20,000 nt of DNA, from assembly GCA_038734945.1 (NCBI GenBank), contig JAVYOA010000003.1, forward strand, positions 60,907 to 80,906, read 5' to 3'. This document shows positions 15,951 through 20,000 of the stretch, in pieces. Below the pieces are notes generated by a model. It had not been told where the DNA came from and searched no databases. It was given only the letters and a program-made list of their open reading frames with translations. The translations under genes were made by a program, and so were the position numbers. The DNA comes from Fervidicoccaceae archaeon. GTDB lineage: Archaea > Thermoproteota > Thermoprotei_A > Sulfolobales > Fervidicoccaceae. Numbering within the stretch: the first letter of the stretch is position 1; each line of letters starts with the position of its first letter.

Positions 15951-16041
15951 AACTACCACTCTTCCTAACGCTCTGTTCAATTGGATAATAAAATATAGCA
16001 CGAGCTGCACTCTTTAAAACCATGCTTCCAGAAAAGTTTCA

Positions 16042-16464
16042 ATGGAGATGCATTTGGGTAGAATTACCATTCCTAGAGAGCTGCTTAATCCCTTCATTGA
16101 GCAAATAAAGCTGTCCTTCAAGAACTACAATAGAATGATAGAGAGCTCAGGATATTATCTGAAACCAGTACACTATGTTACAAAGATCTCCAACGACGAG
16201 AGAAGAATATACATGTATTTGGGAAGGTACTGGTGGAAGATAATATACGTTGGAAGAGATGTAAAGGGGAGGCCAAGAATAAAGTGGATTTATATGGGAA
16301 AAGAAAGGCCAAGAGGTTTGCCTGAACCACCAAAAAATCCTCTGGAAGGACTAGCTATCTATATGATTGCAAGTGACAGAGAAAATTACTATTTTGAGAG
16401 AGAGGAAATGGCTTCTTTGCTGCTCAAAAAATTGAATGAATTTAGAAACAAACTTACTGAGTAG
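16042..16464 (+). CDS. Hypothetical basic, aromatic-rich protein
   Basis: 140-aa ORF filling the gap between nadM and prx, with GYYLKPVH...YLGRYWWK...KWIYMGK...[10 protein letters not shown]. Function not recognised. Confidence 0.75.
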   Translation: MEMHLGRITIPRELLNPFIEQIKLSFKNYNRMIESSGYYLKPVHYVTKISNDERRIYMYLGRYWWKIIYVGRDVKGRPRIKWIYMGKERPRGLPEPPKNPLEGLAIYMIASDRENYYFEREEMASLLLKKLNEFRNKLTE

Positions 16465-17113
16465 CGCTCTTGTAGCAGAGCCACCAATCAAGGCACTCAT
16501 ATTTCTTGAGTCTCTCTGGTATATCGTTCTTGTTGCTTGGTGGCGGAACTATGACCTTGCTTCCCATTATCTCATTGTTTGGCCAGTTTGCTGGCATCGC
16601 CGCCTTTTCCCTATCTGCTACTTGAAGGGCTTTTATCATTCTGATTATTTCATCTATGTTTCTTCCCAGCTCCATTGGATAGTACAGTATTGCTCTTATA
16701 ATCCCGTTAGGATCTATTATGAATGTTGCCCTAACAGTCTGTGTGCCCTCTGATTGTGCATGAAGCATTCCATAGAGCGAAGCAATCTTTCCAGTTGTGT
16801 CAGCAATAATTGGGAATGTTATTTCTATCCCCAGCTTTTCCTTTATCCATTCATCCCACTTTATGTGACTGAATACTTGGTCAACGCTCAGTCCTATTAG
16901 CTTTACTCCAAGCTCCTCGAATTCCTTCATTCTTCTCTGAAATGCATAGAATTCCGTTGTGCAGACTGGAGTGAAGTCTGCTGGATGGCTGAAGAGAATG
17001 ACCCACTTTCCCTTGAAGTCATCTGGAAAGGTTATCTTTCCGTAAGTTGTTAGCGCCTCAAATCTAGGTGCCTTATCTCCGACTCTTGGCATACTTGAGA
17101 AGGATTGGCTCAC
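16454..17113 (-). CDS. Peroxiredoxin, archaeal Prx6/TDXH type
   Basis: [15 protein letters not shown] (peroxidatic Cys), [22 protein letters not shown] and C-terminal [16 protein letters not shown]. Confidence 0.95.
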   Translation of the reverse strand: MSQSFSSMPRVGDKAPRFEALTTYGKITFPDDFKGKWVILFSHPADFTPVCTTEFYAFQRRMKEFEELGVKLIGLSVDQVFSHIKWDEWIKEKLGIEITFPIIADTTGKIASLYGMLHAQSEGTQTVRATFIIDPNGIIRAILYYPMELGRNIDEIIRMIKALQVADREKAAMPANWPNNEIMGSKVIVPPPSNKNDIPERLKKYECLDWWLCYKSATQ

Positions 17114-17174
17114 TTAGATCACCGTGAACAATATTCGGAAGCTTAGTAATAAGTGTTATGTTTATATGTTTAAC

Positions 17175-17206
17175 CAATAAAAATATTTTATAAAATTATT
17201 TTATTG
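17175..17206. promoter_or_regulatory. 32-bp imperfect palindrome, candidate operator in the prx/metG divergent region
   Basis: CAATAAAAATATTTTA|TAAAATTATTTTATTG: 14 of 16 positions pair. Confidence 0.4.
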
Positions 17207-17336
17207 CATTTCCTGTTTATACAGATCGAACCTCTACCATCCCAAAAGAGAGCTCTTGTTTGAAATAATTAAAGCTTATTAGGAGTGTATTGCTGATGCT
17301 ATGCTAGATCAGTTTAGGATTTTTGGGGTGAATTGA

Positions 17337-19040
17337 GTGAAATACATCGTATGCAGCGCCTGGCCCTATGTCAACAATGTGCCTCATCTAGGCACAATGA
17401 TAGGAAGCCTGCTATCAGGAGATGTCTATAACAGGTACCTTAAATTGAAAGGAGAAGAGTCTCTCTATGTGAGTGGAAGCGACGAGCACGGCTCACCCAT
17501 CGAGGTTGAGGCTAGGAAAAGAGGAGTTGATCCGAAGATCCTCACAGATGCCATGCATGCCTATGTTAGTGACTTGATTGGAAAATGGGAAATTGAGTTC
17601 AGTAACTACACAAGAACACATAACCAAGTGCATATTGAATTCGTTAGAAACTTCATGACAAAGCTCTATCAGCTAGGCTATCTTGAGAAGAAGAAGGAGA
17701 TTCTTCCATACTGTCCCAATGATAAGATCTTTCTCGCAGATAGATTCATTGAGGGGAAGTGCCCATACTGTGGATATGAGAAGGCTAGGGGCGATCAATG
17801 TGATAATTGTGGAAGGCTCTTGCACCCTACCGAGCTGATTAATCCCCACTGTGTTTTCTGCGGAAGCAGGCCCATATACAAAGAGACTGAAAACTACTTC
17901 TTTAAAATGCAATTGGTCAGAGATAGGCTTCTCGAATGGCTTCGAAACCATAGAGAGCTAGATGATAACGTCAGGAATTACAGCCTAAATTGGGTCTCAG
18001 AGGGTCTTAGAGAGAGGAGCGTGACTAGGGATATATCTTGGGGAGTCCCCTCTCCCCTCCCTGGGACTGAGGGAAAGACCATATATGTGTGGTTTGATGC
18101 TCTTCTTGGTTATTTGAGCTCGGTGAAGGAGTACCTGGAAAAGAATGGAAAGGGAGAAGATTTTGATTTTTGGTGGAGGGATCCTGAAACAAGAACGGCT
18201 TTCTTCATAGGTAAGGACAATATACCTTTCCACGCCATAATCTTTCCATCCATGTTGATAGCATCAGGGGAAAGTTACCCACTGCCCTGGAAAATAAGTG
18301 CTACCGAGTACCTTCTTTTCCAAGAAGAAAAGTTCAGTAAGAGCAGAGGGATTGGCGTGTGGGCTGATGAGGCTCTGGAAATTCTTCCTGCTGACTATTG
18401 GAGGTTTGCCTTGATAAGAATGAGACCAGAAAGTAAGGATACCAGCTTCAGCTGGGTTGAGTTCTACAGAATAATTAACACGGAGCTCAATGACGATATT
18501 GGGAATCTGTTCCATAGGGTGCTCAGCTTCATATGGAGAAATTATGATGGGGTTGTTCCGAGTTCCTCGTACCTAAAAGATGAGCTCCAAGAAATTCAGC
18601 CTGAGATCGCGACTCTTATAGAAAGAGCTGTGGACTCATATGAAAGGATTAAGTTGAAGCAAGCTAGTGAGCATATTTTGGAGCTTGCAAGGCTTGGAAA
18701 TCAATATTTGAACCAAAAAGCTCCCTGGGATCTCATAAAGGAAAATAGAGATAGAGCCTCATCAGTAATTATAGTGGAGATAAATCTCGTGAGACTCATT
18801 GCACTTCTTCTCTTTCCTATAATCCCCTCATCCATGAGGAGAGTTTACAAGATGATTGGAATACCTGGTCCCACTAATGGTGAGCTCAGCAATTTGGAGC
18901 TCATGTTGGTGAAGCCTGGTCAGAGAATAGAAAAGCCAGAACCAATATTCAAGAAGCTCCCCCAGGACTTCCTTGAAAGGATCGATGATATTCTGAACGA
19001 GGCAAGAAAGAGGGCCCTGGATAAGAGGCCGAGAATATGA
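17337..19040 (+). CDS. metG: Methionine--tRNA ligase (short form without the C-terminal tRNA-binding domain)
   Basis: AWPYVNNVPHLGT (HIGH), SGSDEHG, Zn-knuckle region CPND/CPYC/CDNC/CVFC, TRDISWG, YVWFDA, GKDNIPFH and KFSKS (KMSKS). Confidence 0.97.
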   Translation: MKYIVCSAWPYVNNVPHLGTMIGSLLSGDVYNRYLKLKGEESLYVSGSDEHGSPIEVEARKRGVDPKILTDAMHAYVSDLIGKWEIEFSNYTRTHNQVHIEFVRNFMTKLYQLGYLEKKKEILPYCPNDKIFLADRFIEGKCPYCGYEKARGDQCDNCGRLLHPTELINPHCVFCGSRPIYKETENYFFKMQLVRDRLLEWLRNHRELDDNVRNYSLNWVSEGLRERSVTRDISWGVPSPLPGTEGKTIYVWFDALLGYLSSVKEYLEKNGKGEDFDFWWRDPETRTAFFIGKDNIPFHAIIFPSMLIASGESYPLPWKISATEYLLFQEEKFSKSRGIGVWADEALEILPADYWRFALIRMRPESKDTSFSWVEFYRIINTELNDDIGNLFHRVLSFIWRNYDGVVPSSSYLKDELQEIQPEIATLIERAVDSYERIKLKQASEHILELARLGNQYLNQKAPWDLIKENRDRASSVIIVEINLVRLIALLLFPIIPSSMRRVYKMIGIPGPTNGELSNLELMLVKPGQRIEKPEPIFKKLPQDFLERIDDILNEARKRALDKRPRI

Positions 19041-19112
19041 AAAACAACAAAGAACCAGGAGCAATCTTTTAAGTTAAAGTATTGCTTTGCAAAGAGCCTA
19101 TATGGGTCCTGC

Positions 19113-20000
19113 TCACAGAGTAGAGGTAGTGAGATTGCTCAGCGCCTGAACAGTTGATCCCAGTATGTATTCCATCATGGCGCTTCCCAGTATGATCCCA
19201 ATTCCGCTTATTAAAAGAAGAATGCCCAAATAGTACCAGAATGTTCTGGAGACTCCTGGCGTTACCCTTGTTATAGAGAATGCGTTCATCACAGCTGTGA
19301 CTATTGAGAATATTGCACTCATGTAGATAATGGGTGCAAGCGGTATCTGGGACCCAAACAGAGGACCAACGATGTTGGCGGGAATTTGCGCTTGCATTGA
19401 GGTGAGAAGATGGGAAAAGCTGTTGAGTAGGCTGACAACAAATACATTTATGATAACTATTGCTCCCTGCATTATGTATGTTGTAGTCTCAAATGTCTTT
19501 GCTACCTGCAGCCTATTTCTCCTCAATCTCACGATTAAATTATGGTGATCGCTCAGGGATGCTCCAACCACCGAGATCTTCCCACCTTTCTCAATTGCAT
19601 CAATAAATATTCTGAGGAATCTTCTTACGAGCTCACTTCTGCTCTCATTGGCTACCATCCTCCAAGCTATTGATGGATCTATGCCATTTAGAAGCCTTGC
19701 GTAGAGGTTCTCCAGTATTCTGGATAGCTTTCCAAGCTCTACAATGAGCATGGGTCTCAATGCCTTTGCCTGATTCGGAAGCGTTTCGTAGTTCAGGGCG
19801 TAGCTCCTAATGAATATTGGGAAAAAGTCATCTATTTCTCTTATAAGCCCCTCTATTCCCTTGGAGAGCCATCCTGGAAAGATCAGGGCCGCTCCAACCG
19901 CCATTATAAGAATTCCAAGAATGAAGAATGTCAGTTTTCCGGAGAAAATAATATAGATGCTGATGGCGCTTCCTGCTACTATTATAGCTACTGAAGAAAT
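19113..20000 (-). CDS. flaJ: Archaellum/type IV pilus membrane platform protein ArlJ (FlaJ/TadC-like); 5' part lies outside the window
   Basis: The frame stays open from 20000 (ISSVAIIVAGSAISIYIIFSGKLTFFILGILIMAVG...). EIDDFFPIFIRS...ELGKL...LYARLLNGID...AW...ESRSELV...IF.DAIEKGG matches the second T2SSF domain of ArlJ, followed by C-terminal TMs. Confidence 0.78.
   Translation of the reverse strand: MSSVAIIVAGSAISIYIIFSGKLTFFILGILIMAVGAALIFPGWLSKGIEGLIREIDDFFPIFIRSYALNYETLPNQAKALRPMLIVELGKLSRILENLYARLLNGIDPSIAWRMVANESRSELVRRFLRIFIDAIEKGGKISVVGASLSDHHNLIVRLRRNRLQVAKTFETTTYIMQGAIVIINVFVVSLLNSFSHLLTSMQAQIPANIVGPLFGSQIPLAPIIYMSAIFSIVTAVMNAFSITRVTPGVSRTFWYYLGILLLISGIGIILGSAMMEYILGSTVQALSNLTTSTL

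Noticed and set aside
17337..19040. MetRS lacking the C-terminal dimerisation/tRNA-binding domain read as a truncation
   Set aside because: The short form is normal in many crenarchaeotes, and all catalytic motifs are intact.
1..20000. CRISPR arrays, IS elements, rRNA and the remaining short ORF-track entries
   Set aside because: No repeat-spacer pattern, transposase or rRNA sequence was seen; the other short ORFs lie antisense or off-frame within well-supported genes.

Overview
Archaeal chromosomal window, most likely from a thermophilic Thermoproteota/crenarchaeote. This is inferred from GGAGGTG/GGGGTGA ribosome-binding sites, an archaeal-type tRNA-Leu, NadM, an archaeal peroxiredoxin and ArlJ. 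From left to right it holds: (1) a minus-strand operon for a membrane-bound group 4 [NiFe]-hydrogenase in complex I gene order (NuoA-, B-, fused C/D-, H-, I-, J-, K-, L-like, running off the left edge), with a divergent HycI-type maturation protease; (2) a long minus-strand run of nucleotide-sugar dehydrogenase, UbiD/MqnL-type decarboxylase, UbiA/MqnP-type prenyltransferase, a NitT/TauT ABC transporter, tRNA-Leu(TAA), a small membrane protein and a sodium:solute symporter; (3) a putative ACT/V4R protein, NMN adenylyltransferase, a hypothetical protein, peroxiredoxin, methionyl-tRNA synthetase and the 3' part of archaellum platform gene arlJ/flaJ. Two features stand out. One is the complex I-like hydrogenase, which has an altered set of coupling-site acidic residues. 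The other is an intact tRNA-Leu gene lying in frame, on the same strand, inside the ORF of the symporter's small partner protein, with its likely promoter inside the upstream ABC ATPase gene. All family calls are from motif recognition; no searches were run.
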